The notes: generated by a model from the letters alone, not told the origin. 64,000 nt of DNA from an uncultured Verrucomicrobiota bacterium (GCA_964516325.1 CAZFAP010000003.1:10499-74498), one strand, 5' to 3'; positions 43,757-54,281 are shown, counted from the first letter of the stretch. Made by a program: numbers and translations.

Positions 43757-44862
43757 TCGGTCTGTTCCTCCAACTCAAGGATTGATTCCAATGATTTTCT
43801 CGCGATTTCTCTCACGCTTTCTTCTTCATCGTTCAGGACTGTCCTGAGGGCAGGAATTGCGGCCCTCGCAGCAGGTCCCATTTTCCCGAGAGCCTCCGCG
43901 GAACTGCGGCGAACCTCCGGGCGTGAGTCGCTCAGCGCACCAATCAACGCAGGAACGGCTTCCCTCGGGGACGGCCCGATCTTTCCCAGCGCGACCGCCG
44001 CTTCCATCCGGAGCTGCGGGACCGGGCTTTGGAGCAGCCTCACCAGCTCTGGCGCCGCAACAGCGGCCTCCGAGCCAAAGTCGCCGATGGCTTTAGCCAC
44101 TGCGCAGCGGACGCTGGGCTTGGGATCGTCAAGGGCTTCCCGAAGCGCTGGCAGGACGATGTCCGGACACCGCCTCATTTTGCTAAGGGACGAAGCAGCT
44201 TGGATTCTGACCAGCAGGTGCGGATCGCGAAGCGACGCGACCATTTCCGGGATGACCGGTTCCGCGAGGGCGCCGCATTCTCCGAGGGCGAACAGGGCGC
44301 CGTGCCTGGCACCCGAGTTCTCGTGGGTCAACAACTCGCGCAGCCCGTCGGGGAGGTTGCCGGTCTCCGAGGCGATGCGCCCAACGGTCTCGCCAATCGG
44401 TTCCCAGAATGGGCAGCCCTGTGGATGTTTCAGCAGCGAGAAAAGGTCGGGCGCCGCAGGCAGGGAGGCTTTGCCGATGTCGCCAAGACACAGGATGGTC
44501 CAGTAGGCTTGGCGGTCGGTGCGGCTCTCAAGCAGCGGGCGAAGAGCGCTCACGGCGGGTGCGGCATCCTTTCCCAGCGCGCTCAGACACAGAAGGGCTT
44601 TCAGGCGGGTCTCCTCGTCCTCGCTTCCGAGCGCCTGAATCAGAAATGGCAGAGCATCTTTACCGATCTGGCGTACGCTGTCCTGATGGTCGTCGAGGAA
44701 AAGGGCGCATTCCGCGTCGTGGGGCCCGCGAAGTGGCTGGGAGAGGATTGCTTGAATACTCGCGCTCCTTTCAGGCAGTCTGCTCCTCCCCGACCGAAGT
44801 CCAACGTACAATGCGACGACCGCAAATCCTACGGCCGGTATAAGCGATGCACGAAGCCGCAT
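43753..44862 (-). CDS. Membrane-anchored HEAT-repeat (PBS-lyase-like) protein
   Basis: N-terminal hydrophobic anchor; repeated 'VPALIGALSDSRPEVRRSSAEALGKMG'-type units; ATGA coupling to the sulfatase. Confidence 0.8.
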   Translation of the reverse strand: MRLRASLIPAVGFAVVALYVGLRSGRSRLPERSASIQAILSQPLRGPHDAECALFLDDHQDSVRQIGKDALPFLIQALGSEDEETRLKALLCLSALGKDAAPAVSALRPLLESRTDRQAYWTILCLGDIGKASLPAAPDLFSLLKHPQGCPFWEPIGETVGRIASETGNLPDGLRELLTHENSGARHGALFALGECGALAEPVIPEMVASLRDPHLLVRIQAASSLSKMRRCPDIVLPALREALDDPKPSVRCAVAKAIGDFGSEAAVAAPELVRLLQSPVPQLRMEAAVALGKIGPSPREAVPALIGALSDSRPEVRRSSAEALGKMGPAARAAIPALRTVLNDEEESVREIARKSLESILELEEQTE

Positions 44863-45039
44863 GAGCTATCGTTCCTTTCCAATATTGTGCCACAAACCCG
44901 CCAGAGGGAATCCAATGCCGGTCTCCGCCACTCTTGAAAGGCGCCCGAACCCAAAGCGGCTCTTGAATTTCTCAGCGCCAGACCTTAGGCTTACAGTCTA
45001 TATTCTACGACAAGATGGAGTCATCAAAAACTCTTTGCT

Positions 45040-45987
45040 ATGGGCAACAGACCTCGCAAGAAATCGGTGCTGGCGGTGGGACAGTTTGTGGTGGATGTCC
45101 TGGTCAAGCCCGTCGAGCGGCACCCGCCTCCGGACGTGGCGGACGTCGTGGACTTCATCCGCCTCGACACGGGCGGCTGCACGCTTAATGCGGCTCGCGT
45201 CCTTCACAAGCTCGGCGTGCCGGTCCAATTGTCTGGACTCGTCGGCGAGGATAGGCTCGGAGACTTTCTCCTCTCTGAGGTCGCCCGCAGCGGGATGAAT
45301 GCATCGGGACTCAAGCGAAAGGGCGGGGCTGCAACTTCCTCGTCCATAGTTCTTGTCGGCTCCTCGGGAGAGAGGTCTTTTTTCCATTGTCCGGGTGCGA
45401 CCGCTGCAACGACGCTTGCGGACATTGACGAGGCGGATATCGAATGGGCGGACATCGTGCACCTGGCGGGGACGTGCGAGCTGAATTCTCTCGACGTCAC
45501 GGCTTTCCTCCAGAAGGCGAAACAGCTCGGGAAAATCGTCTCCCTCGACGTGGATTACGACCCGCAGGGGAGATGGGGCGAGCGGGTCAGGCCGTGGCTT
45601 CCGTATCTCGACTACTTCTTGCCGTCGAGAAAGGAGGCGACGGCGATCAGCGGGCGGTCCGATATTGACGAAATCCTCTATTTTTTCACTGAGAGCGGTG
45701 TGAAGACGACCGTCGTGAAATTGGGAAAAGACGGGTGCGTTGCCAGGTCGGCGGACGGGCACACGCTGAGGCATCCGGCATTCGAGGTTGAGGTCGTGGA
45801 TGCGACCGGGGCCGGAGATGCTTTCGTAGGAGGATTTCTTGCGGGCGTGGCAGAGGGACACACCATCGAAGAATGCCTCCGGATGGGGTGTGCGGCGGGG
45901 GCCCTGACCGTCGTGGCTCTCGGCGCCGGCGCCGGGCTTACAGACCGAAAACAATTCGACGAATTCATTCGGGAGCACTCAAAGTGA
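45040..45987 (+). CDS. PfkB-family carbohydrate kinase
   Basis: TGGCTLNAA, VGEDRLG, VVKLGKDG, DATGAGDAFVGG. Confidence 0.92.
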   Translation: MGNRPRKKSVLAVGQFVVDVLVKPVERHPPPDVADVVDFIRLDTGGCTLNAARVLHKLGVPVQLSGLVGEDRLGDFLLSEVARSGMNASGLKRKGGAATSSSIVLVGSSGERSFFHCPGATAATTLADIDEADIEWADIVHLAGTCELNSLDVTAFLQKAKQLGKIVSLDVDYDPQGRWGERVRPWLPYLDYFLPSRKEATAISGRSDIDEILYFFTESGVKTTVVKLGKDGCVARSADGHTLRHPAFEVEVVDATGAGDAFVGGFLAGVAEGHTIEECLRMGCAAGALTVVALGAGAGLTDRKQFDEFIREHSK

Positions 45988-46826
45988 GCCTTTCGGACAC
46001 AAAATCGCTTCTGTTCGCTGCAAGGTCAAACGGCTATGCCGTCGGGGCATTCACCGTCTGGGACATGGAATCGGTTCAGGCGGTCATCGGCGCCGCGGAA
46101 TCTCTCAAGCTGTCGGTCATCGCGCAGGTCGGTCCCTGGGAGGCGGATTTTGCGGGAATGGAGCTTCTCGCGGAAATCGTCAAGCACGTCGCGCTTCGCG
46201 GTTCGATCCCAGTTGCTCTGCACCTCGACCACGGCGAGAGCTTCGAGCGCGCCATGCAAGCCATTCATTGCGGCTTCACCTCCGTGATGATTGACGCATC
46301 GAATCTTCCATTCGAGGAGAACGTGGCGATCACGCGGGAAGTTGTGAAGTGCGCCCACGCTGCGGGAGTGAGCGTCGAGGGGGAAATTGGGATGGTCGGA
46401 GGAGGAATACATTCTGCGGAGATCGGGGGAGAGCCGCCAATGACGGATCCGGAGCAAGCGGCGCAATTTGTTGCCGAAACCGGAGTTGACGCCCTGGCTG
46501 TCGCCATCGGAAACGCTCACGGGTTCTACAAAGCTCCGCCCAAGCTCGATTTCGACCGACTGACGCAAATCGCCGGGAGAGTTCCCATTCCTCTCGTCCT
46601 CCACGGCGGCACGGGAATTCCCGACGACGCCATCCGCGAAGCGATCAAACGCGGCATCGCGAAAATAAACGTCTGCACCGAATTTGTCGCCGCCTTCGGA
46701 AAGACTTTCCAGGAAGTCCAATCCCGCCCCGATTTCGCTTACAACGTCCCAAAACTCTTCACCGAACCCCGCCGCCGGGCAATGGATCTAATCACAGAAA
46801 AAGTCAGGCTGTTCGGTGGGAGATAG
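45984..46826 (+). CDS. Class II fructose/tagatose-bisphosphate aldolase
   Basis: LHLDHG, FTSVMIDAS, VEGEIG, AIGNAHG, LVLHGGTG, KINVCT; GTGA coupling to the kinase. Confidence 0.92.
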   Translation: MSLSDTKSLLFAARSNGYAVGAFTVWDMESVQAVIGAAESLKLSVIAQVGPWEADFAGMELLAEIVKHVALRGSIPVALHLDHGESFERAMQAIHCGFTSVMIDASNLPFEENVAITREVVKCAHAAGVSVEGEIGMVGGGIHSAEIGGEPPMTDPEQAAQFVAETGVDALAVAIGNAHGFYKAPPKLDFDRLTQIAGRVPIPLVLHGGTGIPDDAIREAIKRGIAKINVCTEFVAAFGKTFQEVQSRPDFAYNVPKLFTEPRRRAMDLITEKVRLFGGR

Positions 46827-46888
46827 CGACCCTTGGTCCCGAGTCGGGCGTGCATCCCTCTTCTCCTCCGCCGGCCAACGCGCGGAGG

Positions 46889-47872
46889 TTACTGGGGTGA
46901 GACAATGTCGCCTTTGACCGACGAGTAATCGGGCTTTCGGTCGCGGTGAGACCCGCGTTCGACGATCACCTTGTCGAAGAAGACCTTGATGCCGGTGGCA
47001 TCTTGAATTACCGGAGTGTTCATGAGGTGATAATGGATATGCGGCTCGGAGGAGTTGCCGGAATTCCCGCAGAGACCGATGACCTCGCCCCGCTTGACCT
47101 TTTGACCCTCCCTGACCTTGGTGCTCCCCAACTTTAGATGCGCGATGACCGAAACTTCATATTCGCTGTGCTGGATGAACACAGCATTTCCGAGAGCCGA
47201 GTAGGGATTCATCGAGCCAGGGAGGTTGTCTCTCACGCCGGTGATGACGTCGGTTACCACGCCATCCGCCGGCGCCAGGACTTCTCTCCCGAAGGCGTAA
47301 TAATCCTCGTTTTTCGTTCCGTCTCCTTTTCGCGTTTTGCCGTCGTCTCCGACGCCCAGGAAATCGAATGCGAACCTCTGGTTGGGCACGTCGTGATGTT
47401 GATTCAACTCCTTCGTATCTCCGCCCCATTGCACAAACCATCCTCCTTTGAAGGGAAGCGAAAGAGCGGTTTTGTTCCTTTCGAGGACGGGAACGTCGGC
47501 CGTATGCGGTAGGAACCACAATCCGATGATTTTATCGTCCCCATTGAGAACGAGCTTGATATCGAGGACGCCCCGCTCAAAATAGGCTGGAATCACCGCC
47601 TGATTCGGCGGGTTGAATCTCGCCTGTCCCAGGTTCTTTATCTCGCCAAGCTCCTTGAGCAACCCGTCGAAAAACACCTTCGCTTTCTCTTCCGGGAGAG
47701 CCTCCAGCATCGCCTGGCTGAAATCCTGCCGGAGTGTCGCGTAATCCCTCCTGTTCATCGCCTCGATCATCCGCCGGGCGACTTCCTGGAACCGTGAAAC
47801 GGGGTCGGAACCCGCCGCGAAGGCGGCTACGCCCAGGAGAACCGCCAGGAGGGCTTTTCTGGCTCGTTTCAT
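46889..47872 (-). CDS. Secreted M23-family peptidase with N-terminal DUF3887-like domain
   Basis: Signal peptide; HHDV...RFAFDF (HxxxD-like); YAFGREVLAPADG; IAHLK; GNSGNSSEPHIHY. Confidence 0.82.
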   Translation of the reverse strand: MKRARKALLAVLLGVAAFAAGSDPVSRFQEVARRMIEAMNRRDYATLRQDFSQAMLEALPEEKAKVFFDGLLKELGEIKNLGQARFNPPNQAVIPAYFERGVLDIKLVLNGDDKIIGLWFLPHTADVPVLERNKTALSLPFKGGWFVQWGGDTKELNQHHDVPNQRFAFDFLGVGDDGKTRKGDGTKNEDYYAFGREVLAPADGVVTDVITGVRDNLPGSMNPYSALGNAVFIQHSEYEVSVIAHLKLGSTKVREGQKVKRGEVIGLCGNSGNSSEPHIHYHLMNTPVIQDATGIKVFFDKVIVERGSHRDRKPDYSSVKGDIVSPQ

Positions 47873-48095
47873 CGTTTTACCTCGCGATGTCTCGCACATT
47901 CCGTCGGACCACAGCACTCAAAAATTCGGTCCGAACATTACCGCGGGATTTCGGCGCGGGATTGAACAATGAATGCGAAGTTGTCCCCCATTTTGCCCAA
48001 ATCTGGTAAACTGACGCAAGACAAGTTGAGTTTTGACAACGACCGTCACAGACGCACAACTGCGTTCAACCCCTACACGGCTGAGGAGGACTCCC

Positions 48096-48824
48096 ATGGT
48101 CTTGATTCTCATTCTGACGCTTCTCCTGCCCACCGTTTCGGCGGCGGAGACTGTGAAAACGAAGCCGATCCGCGTTCTGCTCGTTACCGGGGCTGAGCAT
48201 CCGGCGCACAAATGGCAGGAGAACAGCCAGGCGATACGAGCCGCGCTCGCGGGTTCCGAACGGTTCGACGTTCGTGTCTCGGAAGACCCGGAGATTCTGG
48301 CGACACCAATCGCGGAACGGTACGACGTGATCGTCCTGAATTACTGCAACTGGGAGATTCCGTCGCCGAGAAAGGAGGCGCTCGAGAATCTCGCAAGCTT
48401 TGTCAAGAGCGGGAAAGGGTTGGTCGTCATTCATTTCTCATCCGGGGCGTTTCCGGACTGGGCAGAATATCCGAAGCTAATCGGGCGGGTCTGGGATAAG
48501 GTGCGAACGCACGATCCGTACGGGAGCTTTCAGGTGAAGGTCGTGGACAGGGGGCACCCGATCACCCGCAAGCTGAGCGATTTTGAGATTAGCGACGAAC
48601 TTTATTTCTGCCTGACGGGCGAAACCGAGGTGAAAGTCCTCCTAACCGCCCGGTCAAAGGTCACGGGAAAGGACGAGCCGATGGGCTTCGTGTTTCAATA
48701 CGGGGCGGGCAGGGTCTTTCACACGCCGTTGGGGCACGATGTGAAGGGCCTGACCTCCTCGGGTTTCACTGAGCTTCTCCGACGCGGTTGCGAATGGGCA
48801 GGAACCGGGAATGTGAAGGACTGA
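48096..48824 (+). CDS. Secreted ThuA-like (class I GATase fold) protein
   Basis: Signal peptide; VLLVTGAEHPAHKW; GKGLVVIH; DELY; GRVFHTPLGHD. Confidence 0.85.
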   Translation: MVLILILTLLLPTVSAAETVKTKPIRVLLVTGAEHPAHKWQENSQAIRAALAGSERFDVRVSEDPEILATPIAERYDVIVLNYCNWEIPSPRKEALENLASFVKSGKGLVVIHFSSGAFPDWAEYPKLIGRVWDKVRTHDPYGSFQVKVVDRGHPITRKLSDFEISDELYFCLTGETEVKVLLTARSKVTGKDEPMGFVFQYGAGRVFHTPLGHDVKGLTSSGFTELLRRGCEWAGTGNVKD

Positions 48825-49062
48825 TGAGGCATCTTGGAGAGCCATCGGCGCGACGATGATTTTGGGGCGGCTGGGGGGCCAATTGAAAGGGGCGTGGGAC
48901 GGCCCCTGAGGGCAAGGACCGCAATCCTTTGTTTCTCGATTAAACCTACCATTGCCCGCGAACGTTTTTACAGGATAGTCGCCGAAGTGTTTCTTGGCAA
49001 AGAGGGCCGGGGCTTGGACTACCCCGGGTCGGAAACGGTAAACAAACGAAAAGGAGGGTACT

Positions 49063-49752
49063 ATGAGAGCATCACGGACGCGAAACATCGCCATGGGGGT
49101 TGCTGCGCTCCTATGCGTCGTGGCGATGGGCTTGCTGTTAGCACCAAGGGCATTCTCGGAAGAGGGCCGCCCGCAGCGTGAGCCGATTCCCCCCGAGAAG
49201 CTGAAGGAAATCAGGGAGGCGCAGGCGAAATGCGTAGCTGCGATTGCAGAGGTCAAGGGCGAGGATGTTGACAAGGTCGTCAAGGCGTTCACAGCGGCAC
49301 GCCAGGAGTATCAGGACAAGGCCGCCGCGCTGCCCCGGGGCCAAGAAGGGATGCAGCAGAGGCGTGAGCTTTCCGAGAAATCTCTCGCCGGTCTGAAGGA
49401 AGCTTTGACAAAGGCAGTGGGGGCTGAAAAGACCGAGAAAATCATCGGTATTTTTAACCCGTTCGGCATGTCGAGCTTCTTCCTCGACAGGATGGTTGGC
49501 GACCTCATCGCGTTCCAGCTCCCGAAGGAGAAATTTGAGAAGGCGATGGTCTGCGTACTCAACTACAGCAAGGACCTTGGCAAAGCCATGGAGGAGGCGA
49601 GGCAAAGCGGCTCCTTTGAAGCAGTGCGTGAGAAAAGAGAGAAACTCAACGAAGCCCTGAACACCGAAATGGCGAAGCTCCTCAGCGAAGAGCAGATGGC
49701 GAAGTGGAAGGAGAGCACTTCCAGGCCATTCGGCGGGCGTCGGCAGCAATAG
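49063..49752 (+). CDS. Secreted all-helical protein (Spy/CpxP/LTXXQ-like), paralog 1
   Basis: AGGAGG RBS, signal peptide, charged helical repeats, ending LSEEQMAKWKE. Confidence 0.65.
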   Translation: MRASRTRNIAMGVAALLCVVAMGLLLAPRAFSEEGRPQREPIPPEKLKEIREAQAKCVAAIAEVKGEDVDKVVKAFTAARQEYQDKAAALPRGQEGMQQRRELSEKSLAGLKEALTKAVGAEKTEKIIGIFNPFGMSSFFLDRMVGDLIAFQLPKEKFEKAMVCVLNYSKDLGKAMEEARQSGSFEAVREKREKLNEALNTEMAKLLSEEQMAKWKESTSRPFGGRRQQ

Positions 49753-49819
49753 ACACGCGGCGGCTTTCGGAGTTGGTAGCGCGCCCTGCATTTTGCGCGG
49801 CGCTCGGTATTGACAAAGT

Positions 49820-49872
49820 AAGCGGGAGGGAACCCCGCCCTCGGCGGGGCTCCCTCCCGCTTTGTTTCTTTT
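49820..49872 (+). terminator. Rho-independent terminator
   Basis: GCGGGAGGGA-a-CCCCGCC-ctc-GGCGGGG-c-TCCCTCCCGC followed by TTTGTTTCTTTT. Confidence 0.75.
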
Positions 49873-50199
49873 GCGACTCCATAAGACTTCAAGGGCTTTC
49901 TCACGCAAAGTCCGCTGCGGACCCGCTTGAATGATTTGCGGCGACGGCGCTCCGACAACTGAATGAGTCTGTCCGGTCTCTCCGCATGAAGCAATTGTAA
50001 GTGAGCCTTTCCCTGGCATCAGGGATTTGCTATGATGCCGGACGAAGAAGCATGCTGCGGCTGCCATGCCTAAGAGCTTTCGCAGGGCACATGGTCGCCT
50101 AATTCGCTCTGCCGGTCGCGGCATGCGAGGACGGTCACCTTTTTCAAAGCAAAGCGGGGTCCAAACGAAAGTGAACCCACTAACGGAAAGGAGGTTGTC

Positions 50200-50874
50200 A
50201 TGGCTTTATTGCTTAAAAGAGTCGGGTCAGTGAAAGCCGCATGGATTGCGATCATCGTGGGTTTTATCGTCACTATGGTGGCATCGCCGTCCCGCGCACA
50301 GGAGCAGGAACAAGAACGATGGAAATTGTTCGTGACCCCGCCGGAGAATGCGAGGACGGTCTGGTTCATCCAGGCGAGGCATATCGCATCAGAACTCGGG
50401 CTTGAGCAGGACGGGGCACGCGAGCTCACACGCCGGTACATTTCCGCGAGGCAGGAGCATCTCAAGAAAGCGGAAGCCTTGCCCAAGGAACCGGAGTCTA
50501 TGCGTAAGTTCATGGAGATCAGAGATGAAGCGGCGTCGGCCCTTGAGAAATCTCTGGTGGAGGCTCTCGGCGAGGAGAAAGGGAAGAAGGCTTCGGCTTC
50601 ACTCGGCGGGTTCAGCTTCTTCTTCGATCACATCGTGGCAGACATCCTGGCCGCTCAGACGAAGGCCCTGACCGCCGCCTTCAAATATGAAGGAACGGCT
50701 ATCAAGGCAATGAAGGAGGCACGCGAATCCGGCTCCTGGGAAGGAATGCGGGAAAAGCTGAAGGCCCCCGTCGTGGAACTTGAGAAGCAAGCCGCCTCGA
50801 TTTACAGCGAACAGCAGTTGAAGGAATGGCAGGAGAAGTACGGCTGGTTTTTCGAGAGAATCCTTTCGGAGTGA
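50200..50874 (+). CDS. Secreted all-helical protein, paralog 2
   Basis: AGGAGG RBS, signal peptide; KAMKEARESGSWEGMREK and YSEQQLKEWQE align with paralog 1. Confidence 0.65.
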   Translation: MALLLKRVGSVKAAWIAIIVGFIVTMVASPSRAQEQEQERWKLFVTPPENARTVWFIQARHIASELGLEQDGARELTRRYISARQEHLKKAEALPKEPESMRKFMEIRDEAASALEKSLVEALGEEKGKKASASLGGFSFFFDHIVADILAAQTKALTAAFKYEGTAIKAMKEARESGSWEGMREKLKAPVVELEKQAASIYSEQQLKEWQEKYGWFFERILSE

Positions 50875-51120
50875 GGCGCATCCTCCCCGGGTTTCGAAGT
50901 CTTATCCTGAACTGGGAAACGAAGCCCCCGGAAGGAATCCCTGTTCGGATGTCACGCCCTGTGAAAGAGTCGTGCGTCTGCATGGAGCCTTGGCGAGAAT
51001 TAAGTCAAAGAGGTGCCATAGCGCCTCACTGCCAGGGGTTGCTTCCGGGGACCATGCTGGGCAGAGGGAGCGCTTTGGGCTGCACGCGAGCCGCCAGGTT
51101 CATCGTCAAGGAGAAGTCTT

Positions 51121-52173
51121 ATGTTCACAGCGGGCATTGTCTCGGGTCTTTCTGGGCTTCCGCTGTTGTCTGACGCACAATCGCGCTCCATCTCTGCCGA
51201 GAATCCGACAGGCGAGAAAGGGGGCGGGGCGAAGGAGGTTCCCGGACCAGACAACCCGGGGTCGGAACTCGGAAGGGGCTGGAAGGTTCGCCCGTGCATG
51301 ACGCTGGAGAAGGGGGCGACCATCACGCTCGCGGATATCAAGGGACCAGGCGTCATCCAGCACATCTGGATGACGGTCAGCGAGAAAGCGTACCGCGACT
51401 GCGTTCTCCGGTTCTTCTGGGATTCGGAACAGACCCCGTCAATCGAAGTCCCCCTCGGCGATTTCTTCTGCAACGGGCATGCGATTCGCTGCAAGGTCAA
51501 CTCCCTTCCGGTGGCGGTGAATCCATCGGGCGGGTTCAACTGCTATCTTCCCCTGCCGTTCCGCTCCCGCGCGCAAATCACCATCGAGAACCAGCGCTGG
51601 GAAAACATCGAGGGTTTCTACTACCAGATCAACTACTCGCTCACGGAGATTCCCGAAAACGCCGCGTATCTCCACGCTCAATGGCGGCGTTCGATGACCT
51701 CGCGACAAAACCCAGAGCATGTCATTCTCGACGGAGTGAAGGGACAGGGACATTATGTCGGGACTTACCTTGCCTGGACTCAGTTCTCGGACGGCTGGTG
51801 GGGCGAAGGAGAAGTGAAGTTCTACATTGACGGGGATAAGGAGCATCCGACGATATGCGGCACGGGAACGGAGGATTATTTCGGGGGAGCATGGTGCTTT
51901 GACGAGACTTACTCGACGGCGTTCCTCGGGTATCCTCTCTGGGTGAGAGAGCCGGGGCAAGTCCCCAAGCACGGGATGTACCGCTGGCACATCATGGACC
52001 CGATCCGATTTGCGAGCGACCTGCGGGTTACGATTCAGGCGTTAGGCTGGTGGCCGAACAAGAAATATCAGCCCCTGACCGACGACATTGCATCCGTCGC
52101 CTACTGGTATCAGACCGAGCCGCACGCCCCGTTTCCGGCGATGCTGCCGATGCAGGAGCGCTGGCCGCGATAG
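51121..52173 (+). CDS. DUF2961 / GH172-like glycoside hydrolase
   Basis: SRSISAENPTGEKGGG, GPGVIQHIWMT, EVPLGDFFC, WWGEGEVKFYIDGD, GTGTEDYFGGAW. Confidence 0.88.
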   Translation: MFTAGIVSGLSGLPLLSDAQSRSISAENPTGEKGGGAKEVPGPDNPGSELGRGWKVRPCMTLEKGATITLADIKGPGVIQHIWMTVSEKAYRDCVLRFFWDSEQTPSIEVPLGDFFCNGHAIRCKVNSLPVAVNPSGGFNCYLPLPFRSRAQITIENQRWENIEGFYYQINYSLTEIPENAAYLHAQWRRSMTSRQNPEHVILDGVKGQGHYVGTYLAWTQFSDGWWGEGEVKFYIDGDKEHPTICGTGTEDYFGGAWCFDETYSTAFLGYPLWVREPGQVPKHGMYRWHIMDPIRFASDLRVTIQALGWWPNKKYQPLTDDIASVAYWYQTEPHAPFPAMLPMQERWPR

Positions 52174-52365
52174 ACAGGCTCAGTGCTTCGCAAGCCTCTG
52201 GTGAACACATATCGGGTCTGCCACACGTGTAGGGACCTGAGGGATTAGGCGGGAAGGTTCTGGGTGGCGAACGGTGCCGCCCTGACACGGCATTGGCGCA
52301 CACAGCCCGGCTTGGGCAGCGCGCCGAACTTTGTGCGCGGCTGCGGGCAGGCAGGGCTACGATAT

Positions 52366-52442
52366 GGCGCCTTTTCAGGGCTTGGCCACCGAGAAGATGC
52401 CAAGCCCCAACGGGGTGAGATAGCTTAGCCCAGGGCAACGCC
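52366..52442. repeat. REP-like element
   Basis: GCGCCTTTTCAGGGCT ... GCCCCAACGGGGTGAGATAGCTTAGCCCAGGGCAACGCC, a palindromic REP-type pattern between convergent genes at the left edge of the R-M block. Confidence 0.4.
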
Positions 52443-52485
52443 TTCAGCCCGACCACCGGGTTGGGGTGTGGGGAAAAAGAGCGGT

Positions 52486-53091
52486 TCATCGCCATAAGCC
52501 TGCCCAAGGTCTCAGCAAGTCCCAGAATTCTGCCGGATTTAGCACTCTGATTCCCAGTTCGCTTAACCGGCTGCGGTGTTTCCAGATCGTGTTTCGATCC
52601 GTTGTGAGGAAGGCGTCACAGTTACCCATGTGGTATTGAAGCAACAGGAGCCGGTCAAAAGGGTCTTGGCGAAAGTCTGCAATCTCCATCAACTGCATCT
52701 CAAGCCGCTGGAGGTCAGGTGTCAGCTTGAAGCGATGCCGCACGCTCCCTCCCTCACGAACGCGGTCACGGGTTTCCTCCAGCATCACCAACCAGACGTC
52801 AAGCACATCCAGAGCCCAACGAAGCCGCCTGCTACACCGAGTGAAATCCGTCTCATTCGCCAACTCGGCAAAGCTCAGGGGAGAAACCAGAAACTGAAAG
52901 GCAGCTCGTTCGTTGACCTGAAAAATCCAGCGCAGGGCGCGCAGGTCGGCATCAAGCTGCTCATCGGAAACTCCTTCGGGCACTTCGCCCTCAAAGATGA
53001 ATCCGCCCTCATCCTGCAAGAGGTTCAATACGCATGTGTCCAACAGCAACCGGCCCGGAAGCTTGGAGAAATCCTCGGTGGCATCACTCAT
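52486..53091 (-). CDS. PIN-domain-like protein, translationally coupled to hsdS
   Basis: LLLDTCVL (first acidic), SPLSFAEL, DPFDRLLL, CDAFLTTDRN, IRVLNP; TGATG overlap with the hsdS stop. Confidence 0.6.
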   Translation of the reverse strand: MSDATEDFSKLPGRLLLDTCVLNLLQDEGGFIFEGEVPEGVSDEQLDADLRALRWIFQVNERAAFQFLVSPLSFAELANETDFTRCSRRLRWALDVLDVWLVMLEETRDRVREGGSVRHRFKLTPDLQRLEMQLMEIADFRQDPFDRLLLLQYHMGNCDAFLTTDRNTIWKHRSRLSELGIRVLNPAEFWDLLRPWAGLWR

Positions 53092-54281
53092 CAGAGTTCT
53101 CCTTTGAACGCCCTGTCGAGGATGGAAGGCAGCAGGGCGTCCAGTTCGGCGGCGGTGTCGGCTTGCAGCCGCTTCAGCGCGTCCACCTGGGCCTGCAGGC
53201 CGTCGACATAGGCGACGATCCGGCGCTGGACGGCGAGCGGGGGAAGAGGAACGCGAAGGCCTTTGAGCTTTGCCTGCGAGATCTTCGGCATCGTTGAGCT
53301 CGTGCCGCCGATCTGACAGCGTATGTACTCGCGTGCCTCAGTGCTGTGAAAGAAGCCGGCTAGAAAACGTGGGGCAATATCATCCGTTCGGACCCGGAGT
53401 CGGATGAGCAGGTCCGGCATTGCGCAGCGGGGTGGAATGCCCATGTAGACCGCGGCACGGCCCACGAGATCCGGGGTGTTGCCGCGGCTCACAAGGACGT
53501 CACCGGTTCTCAGCCAGTAGGGCGAGTTGTGGCCAAGGGCAACGTCTGCGCGCTTCGTCTCGAGGGGGTTGAACACGCCCGTGTTTACGGCACCGACCTT
53601 GGCAAAGCATACGCCACGGCCGAGTGTGGATGCCGGCACGGAAAGGCCGTTCATAAGCGGCTCCGCCAGCAGTCCTGCAAGTACCTCTCTCCGGACTGAA
53701 GGTTCCGAAAGAAACATATCAAACGCTCGGGTTCTGAGCGCGAGCGCCTCCTGGGCGGCTTGGAGGCGGAGGGAGCGCGCCTCGGCGATTTGAGCGGCCA
53801 GGGCCTCGATCCGCGCGACGATCCGGCGCTGCTGCGCCAACGGCGGCAGGGGGATTCCTATCGGCAGGAACCGGTTTGCTCTGAGTTCAGTCTTGATGCC
53901 TCCAGGAACCGCCTGGACAAGGATTTCCCGGAAAGCCGCGCTCCGCAGGAACCACCACAGGTAGTTGATGTCGCCACGTTCCTTGATGATCTCGTAGGCG
54001 CTGTAGTGGATTGTAGCAGCAACAGGTTCTTCATTCTGTTCGGCGTAGATGGCAATGGCGCCTTTGGCCGCATTGATGCCGGAAATCAGCAGGTCGCCGG
54101 GACGAACGAGGATCATGCCGGTTTTCGTTTCGCCATCCGGCCGGAATTCAATCCGCCCATCATTGAACCCAATCTTTGCCACGATGCGGACTTTCCCTAC
54201 CGCCATATCCTCGATGCTTGGCGTCTCCCCCCTTTCGCTCAGCACTTCTGCCAGCTTTACTTTAGGCCACGTCGCGCTCAT
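53091..54281 (-). CDS. hsdS: Type I restriction-modification specificity subunit
   Basis: Two TRDs with conserved repeats IPLPPLAQQRRIVARIEAL and VPLPPLAVQRRIVAYVDGL; ends LLPSILDRAFKGEL. Confidence 0.9.
   Translation of the reverse strand: MSATWPKVKLAEVLSERGETPSIEDMAVGKVRIVAKIGFNDGRIEFRPDGETKTGMILVRPGDLLISGINAAKGAIAIYAEQNEEPVAATIHYSAYEIIKERGDINYLWWFLRSAAFREILVQAVPGGIKTELRANRFLPIGIPLPPLAQQRRIVARIEALAAQIAEARSLRLQAAQEALALRTRAFDMFLSEPSVRREVLAGLLAEPLMNGLSVPASTLGRGVCFAKVGAVNTGVFNPLETKRADVALGHNSPYWLRTGDVLVSRGNTPDLVGRAAVYMGIPPRCAMPDLLIRLRVRTDDIAPRFLAGFFHSTEAREYIRCQIGGTSSTMPKISQAKLKGLRVPLPPLAVQRRIVAYVDGLQAQVDALKRLQADTAAELDALLPSILDRAFKGEL

Noticed and set aside
50027-50050. Possible sigma54 site TGGCATCAGGGATTTGCT upstream of helical paralog 2
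   Set aside because: GG-to-GC spacing is two bases too long; the spacing is essentially invariant for sigma54.
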